Origin: an uncultured virus (IMG/VR IMGVR_UViG_3300025012_000071)
Taxonomy: Duplodnaviria > Heunggongvirae > Uroviricota > Caudoviricetes
Strand: one strand, 5' to 3'
IMG/VR virus record: IMGVR_UViG_3300025012_000071
DNA length: 64,000 nucleotides
Below are positions 29,459-37,524 of the stretch, one piece after another (within the stretch, counting starts at the first letter, position 1; each line of letters begins with the position of its first letter). Under the pieces are notes generated by a model. That model did not search any database. It was not told where the DNA came from and saw only the letters and a program-made list of their open reading frames with translations. Both the position numbers and the translations under genes were made by a program.

Positions 29459-29487
29459 TTGACATACTACCATAAGAGTAGTATAAT
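29459..29487 (+). promoter_or_regulatory. consensus sigma-A promoter with internal palindromic operator
   Basis: TTGACA-17-TATAAT; ATACTAC..GTAGTAT inverted repeat across the spacer. Confidence 0.85.
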
Positions 29488-29532
29488 TTTAATTAGAAGT
29501 AACACAGATATAAGTTGTGGGGAGGCAGAGAG

Positions 29533-29817
29533 ATGGATAAAAGTTTCAGAGAATGTTTTGCGGAGTTGTGTGCAGACCGGGCGAGTGATGCTATTGTATC
29601 GGCACGACAGAAGGATGATGAGTATATCGAAGCAATGGACAAACTGAAAATTGCCAGTAATCAGGTTAGTCAATTGTTGAGTGTGGAGAATCAGGGGTTA
29701 TTTACACAACTACTTGACGCTTACAGTAACAGACAGATATGCGAAACTCGTCTGGCGTATGAGCAGGGTATGCGTGACGGGTTGCGGTTAAATAAAATAG
29801 TTGGAGGAGTAGCATGA
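29533..29817 (+). CDS. DUF6809-like protein
   Basis: C-terminal [12 protein letters not shown] motif; GGAGG RBS. Confidence 0.6.
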   Translation: MDKSFRECFAELCADRASDAIVSARQKDDEYIEAMDKLKIASNQVSQLLSVENQGLFTQLLDAYSNRQICETRLAYEQGMRDGLRLNKIVGGVA

Positions 29818-30677
29818 ATAAAACTTTGAGATTAGTTGGTACGACGACTATTTGCGGTGTCAGTGTTCCTAAAATTGCAGGCGGTTTCGGTGAAGATAAG
29901 AAGGCAATGTTGGCTAAGACTATTGCCGAAATTCACGGCAGGGAATTGAAACGTGTTAACGAAGATATTAATAATAACCGAGATAGATTCAAAGACGGTA
30001 TAGACATTATTGATTTAAAGAGAACTAATTTCGAGGTCAATTTGGTCGACCACGGAATTATGAGTCAAAATTCTGTTAATCGCTCAGAAACTATCTACCT
30101 CCTATCCGAAAGAGGTTACGCCAAACTCCTAAAGATTTTTGACGATGATCTTGCGTGGGACAAGTACGAAGCAATCCTGGATGAATATTTTCATATGAGG
30201 GATGAAATCGTATATCCATTGACAACCGGCAGACACAACTATTTACAGATAGCACCAATAATTGAGGACGAACTTGCCATAGCAAAACTAATTGCTGATG
30301 CGACTGGAATAAAACCAGGAATAGCAAATTCTATAGCCATAAATAGGATAGAACGCAAAACTGGTGAGTCTATGGAAGAATACAAGAAGGCACTACCTTC
30401 CGCAGAACATGAAACTGGTATTTACACCGCTACTGAGTTGGGACTGAAGATAGGCGGTATCCGTGCGGTAGATATGAATAAGAAACTTTCAAGTCTTGGG
30501 TTACAGTATCGAGATACGTATACCCGCACATCAAAGAAAACCGGAGATAGGAAGACAGAGAAACAATGGCGACTATCTGAGGAAGGTCGAAAATACGCAG
30601 AAGAATTTCCATACGAAAGAAACGGTCATAGCGGTTATCAGATAAAGTGGAATGATTCGGTTATGCAGTTATTGTAA
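29814..30677 (+). CDS. ORF6N-domain antirepressor
   Basis: [19 protein letters not shown]...[27 protein letters not shown]. Confidence 0.85.
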   Translation: MNKTLRLVGTTTICGVSVPKIAGGFGEDKKAMLAKTIAEIHGRELKRVNEDINNNRDRFKDGIDIIDLKRTNFEVNLVDHGIMSQNSVNRSETIYLLSERGYAKLLKIFDDDLAWDKYEAILDEYFHMRDEIVYPLTTGRHNYLQIAPIIEDELAIAKLIADATGIKPGIANSIAINRIERKTGESMEEYKKALPSAEHETGIYTATELGLKIGGIRAVDMNKKLSSLGLQYRDTYTRTSKKTGDRKTEKQWRLSEEGRKYAEEFPYERNGHSGYQIKWNDSVMQLL

Positions 30678-30865
30678 GGTATTAGTTAGTCAATATAAGC
30701 ACTCCTTCGGGGGTGTTTTTATTTTGCGGAAATGAGGTGATAAACTGTGCAGACACCGCCTCCAGGGAAGCGGTTCTACAGGGACGTTACCCCTGTGTCT
30801 GCAAGGACATGATACCATTACCCGGTCAGGGAAGCAATACTGATACCGCCAGGGGGTGTATTGAA

Positions 30866-31102
30866 TTGAGTGATAATGTTCGTCTAGAGGAGCAAGTAAA
30901 AACGCTTTTCGTCAACTTGGAAAAATTAGAGACATATCAAAAGAAGCATGAAGACGACGACAGGGAAGCGTTTTCGGGGGTGCTTGATAAATTGGAAGAT
31001 ATGAGAAAGGATTTTCAGAACAGGTTGCCTGTGTGGGCAACTTTTTTAATCGCCGCATTAACATCTATTTGCGGCATGTTAGGTGGGATGGCAATAAAAT
31101 GA
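30866..31102 (+). CDS. holin-like protein (coiled coil plus C-terminal TM)
   Basis: RLEEQVKTLF coiled coil, RLPVWATFLIAALTS TM segment, start of lysis module. Confidence 0.55.
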   Translation: MSDNVRLEEQVKTLFVNLEKLETYQKKHEDDDREAFSGVLDKLEDMRKDFQNRLPVWATFLIAALTSICGMLGGMAIK

Positions 31103-31383
31103 GAGTTAACTCAAAATTAGCCATTGTTATTGCGCTTATAATTGCTGTTTGCGTTTTCTCCGTTTCGTTATCTTATGCGGAAGATACGAAGTTAGACATT
31201 AACCAGTTGACAGACAAACAACTTACCGCCGAATTAGTGTCCATAAAGGGCATAGGGCAGGTTACAGCGCAGAGGATAATCAAGTATAGGCAGGAGAATA
31301 AACCCGTCACTGTGGACGAACTGGACGCGATTAAGGGCATCGGAGAGAAGCGATTGACCTTGATAAGAAAGAAATTTAGGTAG
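31099..31383 (+). CDS. ComEA-like helix-hairpin-helix DNA-binding protein with signal/TM anchor
   Basis: LDIN......L..IKGIG...A.RII.YR......VDEL..IKGIGEK. Confidence 0.85.
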   Translation: MRVNSKLAIVIALIIAVCVFSVSLSYAEDTKLDINQLTDKQLTAELVSIKGIGQVTAQRIIKYRQENKPVTVDELDAIKGIGEKRLTLIRKKFR

Positions 31384-31446
31384 TATAATTTAGCGTTTTT
31401 GCAAGTTACCAGCAAGTTAAAAAAACGACAATAGGAGGAATAACCC

Positions 31447-32028
31447 ATGTTAATAGTCATAGATCCCGGTCATGGTGGAAAAGACCCCGGAGCAGTAGGA
31501 AACGGATTGCAAGAGAAGCAACTTAATTGGACGGTTGCAAACTTAGTCAAGGATAAACTCGCTAAGTACGATGTAGAGGTTACTATATCCCAACCATCCT
31601 GTACTAATCCGAACTCTGATAAGAATACCGAGTTAAGCGGTCCGGTCAATGATGCAATACGTTTGGGAGCAGATTATTATTTATCCATCCATACCAACGC
31701 AGGTGGTGGAACTGGTTTTGAGTCATTCATACACAACAACGCGAGCAGGGCAACTGACTTGATACGTAACATTATTCACGACAATACTGCCCCGGTATTT
31801 ACTAAGAACAATATGCCGGACAGGGGCAAGAAACGTGCTAACTTCTATGTGTTGCGGAAGATGCAGGAGAAAGGTATACCTGCCATGTTGATTGAGAACG
31901 GTTTTATCGATACCAAGAAAGATGCTGATAAACTAAAAGATTCGGCATTTCTTAGTAAGTTGGCAAATGAGATCGCTTATGGCATGGTGTTGGCGTTCAA
32001 TCTAAAAACTAAAAGTGGGGTGGCATAA
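31447..32028 (+). CDS. endolysin, N-acetylmuramoyl-L-alanine amidase (Amidase_3)
   Basis: IDPGHGG.DPGA, EK, SIHTNA, LIENGFID. Confidence 0.95.
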   Translation: MLIVIDPGHGGKDPGAVGNGLQEKQLNWTVANLVKDKLAKYDVEVTISQPSCTNPNSDKNTELSGPVNDAIRLGADYYLSIHTNAGGGTGFESFIHNNASRATDLIRNIIHDNTAPVFTKNNMPDRGKKRANFYVLRKMQEKGIPAMLIENGFIDTKKDADKLKDSAFLSKLANEIAYGMVLAFNLKTKSGVA

Positions 32029-32514
32029 ATGGATTATCAAAACATAGCAACGGTAGCACTTGAAGTAGTAGCAACGGCAGCAATACCGTCACTCATATAC
32101 ATTATAAAGAAGGTAGCAAGTGACTTCATTGCACAGCACTTCGATGTTAAGAAAATGCAATTAGAGTTATCTCATGCCGGTATCAACTTCACCTCTGAAA
32201 AGGTATCCGAGATAGTAAATAGCACTATCGAGAACGCAATTAAGGCATTAAATTTGCCTGCTATAGTAAATGTACCAGTAGAGGATAAAGAGTCGCTAAA
32301 ACAGGCTGAAAATGCGCTTACACAGGAGGTTAGTGGTAATACAGAATGGATAGTCGGCGAAGACTTTATCGTTAAGATTAACGGAACTCAGAAGGATTTC
32401 TATACTCCTAAGAGTGTCGGGGAGGATACCTTTAATATATTAGTCGAAAGGGTTTACTTGATTGACGGAGTAGTTAAAACTAACCGTCCGTTTGTGGAAT
32501 ATTTAATGTCTTAG
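32029..32514 (+). CDS. holin-like protein (single N-terminal TM)
   Basis: N-terminal hydrophobic helix, IE.AIK motif, follows endolysin. Confidence 0.5.
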   Translation: MDYQNIATVALEVVATAAIPSLIYIIKKVASDFIAQHFDVKKMQLELSHAGINFTSEKVSEIVNSTIENAIKALNLPAIVNVPVEDKESLKQAENALTQEVSGNTEWIVGEDFIVKINGTQKDFYTPKSVGEDTFNILVERVYLIDGVVKTNRPFVEYLMS

Positions 32515-32550
32515 GTGGTTAAACTAAAATACGAGAATTAATTTTTATAC

Positions 32551-32584
32551 CCCCGGTGACTTCGGTTGCCGGGTTTTTATTTTT
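32551..32584 (+). terminator. terminator ending late operon
   Basis: CCCGGTGAC-TTCG-GTTGCCGGG-TTTTTATTTT. Confidence 0.8.
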
Positions 32585-32656
32585 GGACAAAAAACAAAAC
32601 TACCCTTAGTATAATCTAAAAGGTAGTTTTGTCGTCATGTCCTTCATAGGGACTAC

Positions 32657-32732
32657 TGGCTGTGAAGGTAGGTCTCGAACCTACGACAAGCTGATTAATA
32701 GTCAACCACTCTACCAACTGAGTTACTTCACA
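32657..32732 (-). tRNA. tRNA-Asn with anticodon AUU
   Basis: 76-nt cloverleaf TGTGAAG..CTTCACA-G-CCA; D arm ACTC/GAGT; anticodon loop CT-ATT-AA; T arm GTAGG-TTCGAGA-CCTAC. Confidence 0.9.
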
Positions 32733-32868
32733 ATACGGAGGGACTAACTTCATATTAATCCTAATTTTGAATTTGTTATTGCTGATTCGCCACGAATTCT
32801 AATTAATTCCCTGTCTGCCACAGTTGCTTTTTGGGTAAAAAAAGAACGCTCTCGCGTCCATCTAAAGG

Positions 32869-32925
32869 CTAAATTTTTTCAACGGAATACACTACTACTA
32901 GATTCAATAACAATGCTAATTCCAC
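32869..32925 (-). CDS. 18-aa hydrophobic peptide, type I toxin-like
   Basis: GTG start MELALLLNLVVVYSVEKI*; own promoter 33021-33049, hairpin over RBS, terminator 32838-32859. Confidence 0.45.
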   Translation of the reverse strand: MELALLLNLVVVYSVEKI

Positions 32926-33020
32926 ACGGAGGTATTCACTTCCTTTCGCCTCAGATTATCGGAGTAACCGCCATGTACGCATATCACGCGAAGACAGAGG
33001 CGTAGCGGTTCGATGTGAAT

Positions 33021-33049
33021 ATTATACCACCGAGTTAATTGTGTTGCAA
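33021..33049 (-). promoter_or_regulatory. sigma-A promoter
   Basis: TTGCAA-17-TATAAT with extended TG. Confidence 0.75.
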
Positions 33050-33107
33050 CTGTTTACGGTAGAAGAATACTGTATACAGTTTATGGGTAAATAAAAAACT
33101 CCCTCAG

Positions 33108-33446
33108 TTAGAGAGAGTTTGTGTGTTGTTGGTTGACTACTTCCCAGTCATCGGCAAGCAGATCGGTTATGCTCGGAACCCATGTGTTGTATTTACAGTT
33201 GACATTAAATAGAACGAGACATTTGTTATCAATCGGAACATTGTCGGCAGTATATAGACTAAGCATACTAACGTGCATATTTTTGCCGTTCCAACCTTTC
33301 CTTGATATACAGTCACCTTTTTTCAGAGCATCCAGCGCCTGACCGAAGTTCAGTCCCGTCTTTTGGGTGCTTTCCGTTTCACCATCAGCATCATCATATG
33401 TAGCCTCGAAAATATCAGGTTTGCAGGGGTATTTCTTCGGTAACAC
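33108..33446 (-). CDS. DUF2829 (Tad2-family) protein
   Basis: NFGQAL.ALKKG..ISRKGWNGKNM...WVPSITDLLADDWEVV; own promoter TTGAAT-17-TATAAT at 33482-33510. Confidence 0.85.
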   Translation of the reverse strand: MLPKKYPCKPDIFEATYDDADGETESTQKTGLNFGQALDALKKGDCISRKGWNGKNMHVSMLSLYTADNVPIDNKCLVLFNVNCKYNTWVPSITDLLADDWEVVNQQHTNSL

Positions 33447-33536
33447 TATTTATCCCTCCATAATCCTCTATTCGTCATTCAATTATACTACTAAGCAAAT
33501 AAAAATTCAACCGTTTACGGTATATTTATACCGTTT

Positions 33537-33564
33537 GCAGGAGAAATAATCTCCGGCATAGAAT
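33537..33564 (+). promoter_or_regulatory. sigma-H-type promoter
   Basis: GCAGGAGAA-12-ATAGAAT is close to consensus RNAGGAWWW-11/12-RNNGAAT. Confidence 0.6.
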
Positions 33565-33660
33565 AGTTATAGTATCACCGGATTATCTTACTAGCATAAA
33601 TAATCCCGAAGTATATCTACTAAAGGTCGCCTTCCACGGTCGGCCTCTTTTTTTTACTCA

Positions 33661-33775
33661 AAACAAAACTCCCCACACATACCCTATTTTTAAAGTGCGC
33701 GCCATGGTGTACGTCAAGGTTCGCTGTGCTTACACACCCACACTTTAAAGATAAGATACGTTGGAGAGTTTTGTC
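33661..33775 (-). ncRNA. rod-like structured RNA
   Basis: About 115-nt hairpin with stacked stems and G-U pairs that work on the minus strand. Confidence 0.5.
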
Positions 33776-33960
33776 ACCATCAATGCCGTATACTGCATCT
33801 CTTGGGTGTTTATGAGATTTTTATTCGCTTATTTACTACTCCGGTATGCTAAAACCTCTTAATATCAACCGTCTGTAGTGTCGCTTTAAGGTACGATCAA
33901 GACCTATCATGTCTGACCAATAATGTCCATCAAATAGGGTTCTTTCGTTCCCATAACCGT

Positions 33961-34081
33961 TAAGCGGGCAAGGAATCAAACCTTGCAATTGCCGGGCACT
34001 AGTCACTAGACTCTATGTCCGAATTGCCACGGACTCACTTCCCGGTCTTAGATATAGCGTCACTCTTTGCGCCTCCGCTTA
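33961..34081 (-). ncRNA. tRNA-like RNA with expanded central domain
   Basis: Acceptor TAAGCGG/CCGCTTA, T arm GCAAGG-TTTGATT-CCTTGC, D-like GGCG/CGCT; no CCA. Confidence 0.55.
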
Positions 34082-34141
34082 TTTACCGTCCCACCATGGT
34101 GCGCCTGATTTAGACAGAGGCGTGGTGGGATCTGTTGATGT

Positions 34142-34170
34142 ATTATACCACCCAGCAAAAACAATTTCAA
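34142..34170 (-). promoter_or_regulatory. sigma-A promoter of RNA island
   Basis: TTGAAA-17-TATAAT with extended TG. Confidence 0.75.
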
Positions 34171-34197
34171 CAACTTTTTCCCTAAAACTTACCTGCA

Positions 34198-34225
34198 ATA
34201 TGGACAAATTCTATCCGCATAAACT
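34198..34225 (+). promoter_or_regulatory. sporulation sigma (sigma-E-like) promoter
   Basis: ATA-17-CATAAACT about 30 nt before the FtsK start; no sigma-A -10 on this strand. Confidence 0.5.
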
Positions 34226-34256
34226 TAACGAACAGCATAGCGAACGGAGGTATGTT

Positions 34257-35384
34257 ATGGAGAAAAAAAATAACCTTCTTGCCGATGGCATAGATGCCCT
34301 TAAAATAGCATGGAGACACCGTAAGGGCAACGAAATACCTGCAACCATACTAGACACTATAGACATACTTTATCCCCCAAATAAACCCCGTATATTGCCT
34401 ATACGGAAGGGGATTAAGAAAACTCCTACAGGTTGGCATATGATATTTACTATGCGCCCCGGCACCTCATTTAACGCATTAAAAAGTCAGCAAGACTACT
34501 TTGAGGATGCTACCGGGTTGAATGTGGAAATGATTAAGAAGGGGAGGTTTTTGTACATGGACATAAACACTAACGAGATACCAAGTAAGTTAGAATACGT
34601 TTGGGATTATAGCGGAAAATTAGACTTGCCTATACCTGTCGGAATTAGCAAGCAGGGACTAGAAGTGCTACCGCTTGAAGAATCTCCGCATCTACTTGTT
34701 GCCGGAGTACCGGGGTATGGAAAATCAAACTTTCTGCATGTCCTTATTGCTTCATTGCTGCCAGTAGCACGAATAGGAATTATTGACCTAAAGCGGTTAG
34801 AATTCGCCTATTTGAAGGATTATGCGGCATTAGCAAAGACAGAGGAAGAAGCGTTATTGTTGATGCAGTCTGTCGAGAAAGGCATGGAGCAGCGTATAAG
34901 GACATTAGAAAAGGCAAAGGTAGTTAAAATTCAAGACTACAATAAAACAGCGAAAGAACCATTACCATTTATTGTTGTCGTGATTGACGAACTAGCAGAA
35001 ATATCTTGCAAGGATACAATCAAGTTAGTTGACCGCATAACCAGACTTGCTAGGGCGGTTGGAATATCTGTAATAGCGGCAACACAAAGACCGTCAACAA
35101 AGGTTTTGCCGGGCGACACAAGGGCAATGTTCCAAGCGAGGTTATGCTTTCAAGTTGCCGACGAATTAAATAGTCGCATGGTGCTAGGTGAAAATTGCTC
35201 TATTGCCGCACATTTGCCGGGAATAAAAGGCAGGGCGATATATAAGTTTGGTATGGATACCAAGGAAGTACAGACAATGCACCTGCCAGTCAAACAGGCA
35301 AAAAATCTATTGAAAGGCAGGGATATGGATGTTTTTAACGAGTGGTGCAATGTCTCACAGAAAACACGGCTATTGCCGCGATAA
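34257..35384 (+). CDS. FtsK/SpoIIIE-family ATPase (no gamma domain)
   Basis: PHLLVAGVPGYGKS (Walker A), IDLK, VVVIDELAE (Walker B), ARAVGI...ATQRP. Confidence 0.92.
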   Translation: MEKKNNLLADGIDALKIAWRHRKGNEIPATILDTIDILYPPNKPRILPIRKGIKKTPTGWHMIFTMRPGTSFNALKSQQDYFEDATGLNVEMIKKGRFLYMDINTNEIPSKLEYVWDYSGKLDLPIPVGISKQGLEVLPLEESPHLLVAGVPGYGKSNFLHVLIASLLPVARIGIIDLKRLEFAYLKDYAALAKTEEEALLLMQSVEKGMEQRIRTLEKAKVVKIQDYNKTAKEPLPFIVVVIDELAEISCKDTIKLVDRITRLARAVGISVIAATQRPSTKVLPGDTRAMFQARLCFQVADELNSRMVLGENCSIAAHLPGIKGRAIYKFGMDTKEVQTMHLPVKQAKNLLKGRDMDVFNEWCNVSQKTRLLPR

Positions 35385-35994
35385 CGAAATAGCATGGCGC
35401 GTAGGTAGTCATAAATGTCTTAACGCCGAACAGGTACAGGTATTACTATTCCCATTGACCGCATCTGGTAAAAGAAAATGTCAGCAAAGATTAAAGAGGT
35501 TGACCGATCAGTTAAGGTTACGACGTTTCCGTTATTCGCCAGAAGAACCATACGCATACTTCCAGAAGGAAATTAAACAGATAGAGCATACCGTATTGCT
35601 TAATTGGGCGGTTATCTGGATAGAGCGACAATTGAAGTCATGGGAGGAAATTTACTCCGTAGACTTCAATTATGACATGAAAATACTAATTACAGATTGC
35701 TTTATTGCTATTAAAAATACAATCACGGGTCAGTTTAGGTTTCTGTTTATCGAAATGGACATTCATCATCCGGGTAACGAGTTTGATAAGGTGCGGAAAT
35801 ATAATAAGTTGTACGATAATTTACCAGATCAATGGTGGGTAAAGCATACTAAGCGGTTTCCTGCCGTTTTAATAGTCACTAACGACGAGCGAAAGTTAAA
35901 GGAAATTAACAAAATGATTAAGTCGGAGAATAAAAACGGGTTGGAGTTTAGAAGTTATCTTGTGGGAAATTTACGCCGGGAGGTGCTGGGATGA
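35350..35994 (+). CDS. replication-relaxation (Replic_Relax) protein
   Basis: RD.EI, winged-helix N-terminus with RLKRL, EH...LN, TD, FIEMD, K..KY..LY, FPAVLIVT. Confidence 0.8.
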   Translation: MSHRKHGYCRDNEIAWRVGSHKCLNAEQVQVLLFPLTASGKRKCQQRLKRLTDQLRLRRFRYSPEEPYAYFQKEIKQIEHTVLLNWAVIWIERQLKSWEEIYSVDFNYDMKILITDCFIAIKNTITGQFRFLFIEMDIHHPGNEFDKVRKYNKLYDNLPDQWWVKHTKRFPAVLIVTNDERKLKEINKMIKSENKNGLEFRSYLVGNLRREVLG

Positions 35995-36287
35995 GGTATA
36001 TTGCGGCAATAATCGGGTTACTACTATCTCCAATGGTTGCGTTTGCATTGTCGGAAGGTTTGCGAAATACGATGTCTAAAACTTTTGGCTGGGGTGGTGT
36101 AGGTAACAAGATAGTCATTCTCATGGTAATAGCGGTAGGGAGTTGGGTTGCTGAAATGGTTGCCGGTGCTGTTGGCAAGGGTAACTTTTGTGCCGTGATA
36201 AAAATAGTAGCAACTTTTCTGGCCATAATATTAGTTATCGGGGTTGCCTTAGATTTATTAGATCACGTATCAAGAATATTTGTGTAG
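35991..36287 (+). CDS. SpoIIIAC/AD-like small membrane protein
   Basis: C-terminal IAVG..VAE.V....GK......I.IV.....I..VI....DL...V..IF resembles SpoIIIAC. Confidence 0.55.
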   Translation: MRYIAAIIGLLLSPMVAFALSEGLRNTMSKTFGWGGVGNKIVILMVIAVGSWVAEMVAGAVGKGNFCAVIKIVATFLAIILVIGVALDLLDHVSRIFV

Positions 36288-36295
36288 GTGATGCT

Positions 36296-36517
36296 ATGTT
36301 TACTATTATACAGGTTATAGTTTTTGTCATTGTATGTGTGTGTTTGCCTGAGTTGATGCTGTTGGCGTTGGTTGGTCTAATTGGTTTTATCGTCTGTAAG
36401 GTGACAAATAGGAGAAGTATAGGACAAATGATATTGCTATTAGTTGTGTTCTTAGGACTGGATATTATTGTTAGTAGGGTGCAGGAGATAATTGACTTTG
36501 GGAAGTTCATTAATTAA
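36296..36517 (+). CDS. small polytopic membrane protein
   Basis: 73 aa, largely hydrophobic, AGGTGA RBS. Confidence 0.7.
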   Translation: MFTIIQVIVFVIVCVCLPELMLLALVGLIGFIVCKVTNRRSIGQMILLLVVFLGLDIIVSRVQEIIDFGKFIN

Positions 36518-36519
36518 CG

Positions 36520-36560
36520 AGTTAGTCGGTCGGTTGTTTGGTCGGTTAGTCGGTCAGTCA
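36520..36560. repeat. tandem GTCG/GTTA/GTTG tetramer array
   Basis: GTTAGTCGGTCGGTTGTTTGGTCGGTTAGTCGGTCAGTCA. Confidence 0.7.
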
Positions 36561-36747
36561 ACTTGTCCACGTTTCGCGCTGCTGCCATTAATCCGTCGTT
36601 CCTCCTGATTATATACCGGAATTTTACGCTTGTCCATTTTGCTGTATTTGCTGGGTTTTTAAGGTGTTATCCGTTCTTTAGGTGTGTAGGGGTGCGAATA
36701 GGTTAACGAATGGAGAACGATCAGTATGACGAATAATTTAAAAGGAG

Positions 36748-36954
36748 TTGTTTTTAATGAAAAGAGAAGATTTTTCTAAGGTATTTGAAATTTTCCATGC
36801 CAAAATAGATAAACTTGATACTGACTATGAAAATGGCGTCGAGGAATTCGACAAGGCAATGGATGTTTGTATGTCTTTACTTGCTATATGCGAGGTATTT
36901 GCCGAGAATATGCCCGATGAAGTATTAGATGCGATTGATATTAAATGGGAATAG
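36748..36954 (+). CDS. small acidic protein
   Basis: ORF with AAAGGAG RBS followed by terminator 36964-36988. Confidence 0.6.
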   Translation: MFLMKREDFSKVFEIFHAKIDKLDTDYENGVEEFDKAMDVCMSLLAICEVFAENMPDEVLDAIDIKWE

Positions 36955-37020
36955 GAAAGTCTGTAACCCGAAAGGGTTATTTTTTTTGAGTAACTTTGTG
37001 CTGGATACGGTAGAAAAGTG

Positions 37021-37049
37021 TTGCATTGTATGTCTAAACGGTATATAAT
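37021..37049 (+). promoter_or_regulatory. sigma-A promoter of early small-gene operon
   Basis: TTGCAT-17-TATAAT. Confidence 0.75.
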
Positions 37050-37068
37050 ATATGTGAGGTGAGCAGAA

Positions 37069-37212
37069 TTGAAGCGCAGAAGTATTTTTATGGATGATGA
37101 AAGACACGGTAAATTAAAGAAGGAGGCATGTAAGCAGAAGTTAAAAGTTTCAGAGTTAATTCGTCGGATTATTGATGAATGGTTGGATAATAGAAAGGAT
37201 GATAACCAATGA
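37069..37212 (+). CDS. ribbon-helix-helix (CopG-like) regulator
   Basis: MKRRSIFMDDERHGKLKKEACKQKLKVSELIRRIIDEWLDNRKDDNQ*; GAGGTGA RBS. Confidence 0.8.
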   Translation: MKRRSIFMDDERHGKLKKEACKQKLKVSELIRRIIDEWLDNRKDDNQ

Positions 37213-37524
37213 ACCCATACGGAACACTTGCTACTGCATGGATTGGTGTTAGTGTCTGCGTTATTGCCGCACCATATTTAACGCATAATGCTAATTGTTT
37301 ATGGGCGTTTATGATACCTGCGCTAATTGGGGTGAAAAGTTAGCAATAAGAAGGAAGGAGGAAAGTTAATGAACATTATTGATGCTATTGTAGAATTAAA
37401 CTCCGAGATTTGCGAGGATAATCCAAAACTATGCGGCGAAGGTATTCAGTTCATGTATTACACAAATGGTTTTGCCGATATAGTAAATTTCCTATGATAT
37501 GAAGTCTATAGCTCCGACAGTGAC

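Noticed and set aside
33661..33775. SRP (4.5S) or 6S RNA identity for the rod RNA
   Set aside because: Lacks the SRP domain IV CAGG..GNRA..AGCA motif; too short and without the large central bubble of 6S
33961..34081. tmRNA or tRNA-Sec
   Set aside because: No G3-U70 pair, no CCA, no tag ORF, no UCA anticodon loop
32520..34200. CRISPR array or integrase/attP in the non-coding island
   Set aside because: No regularly spaced direct repeats and no recombinase ORF seen
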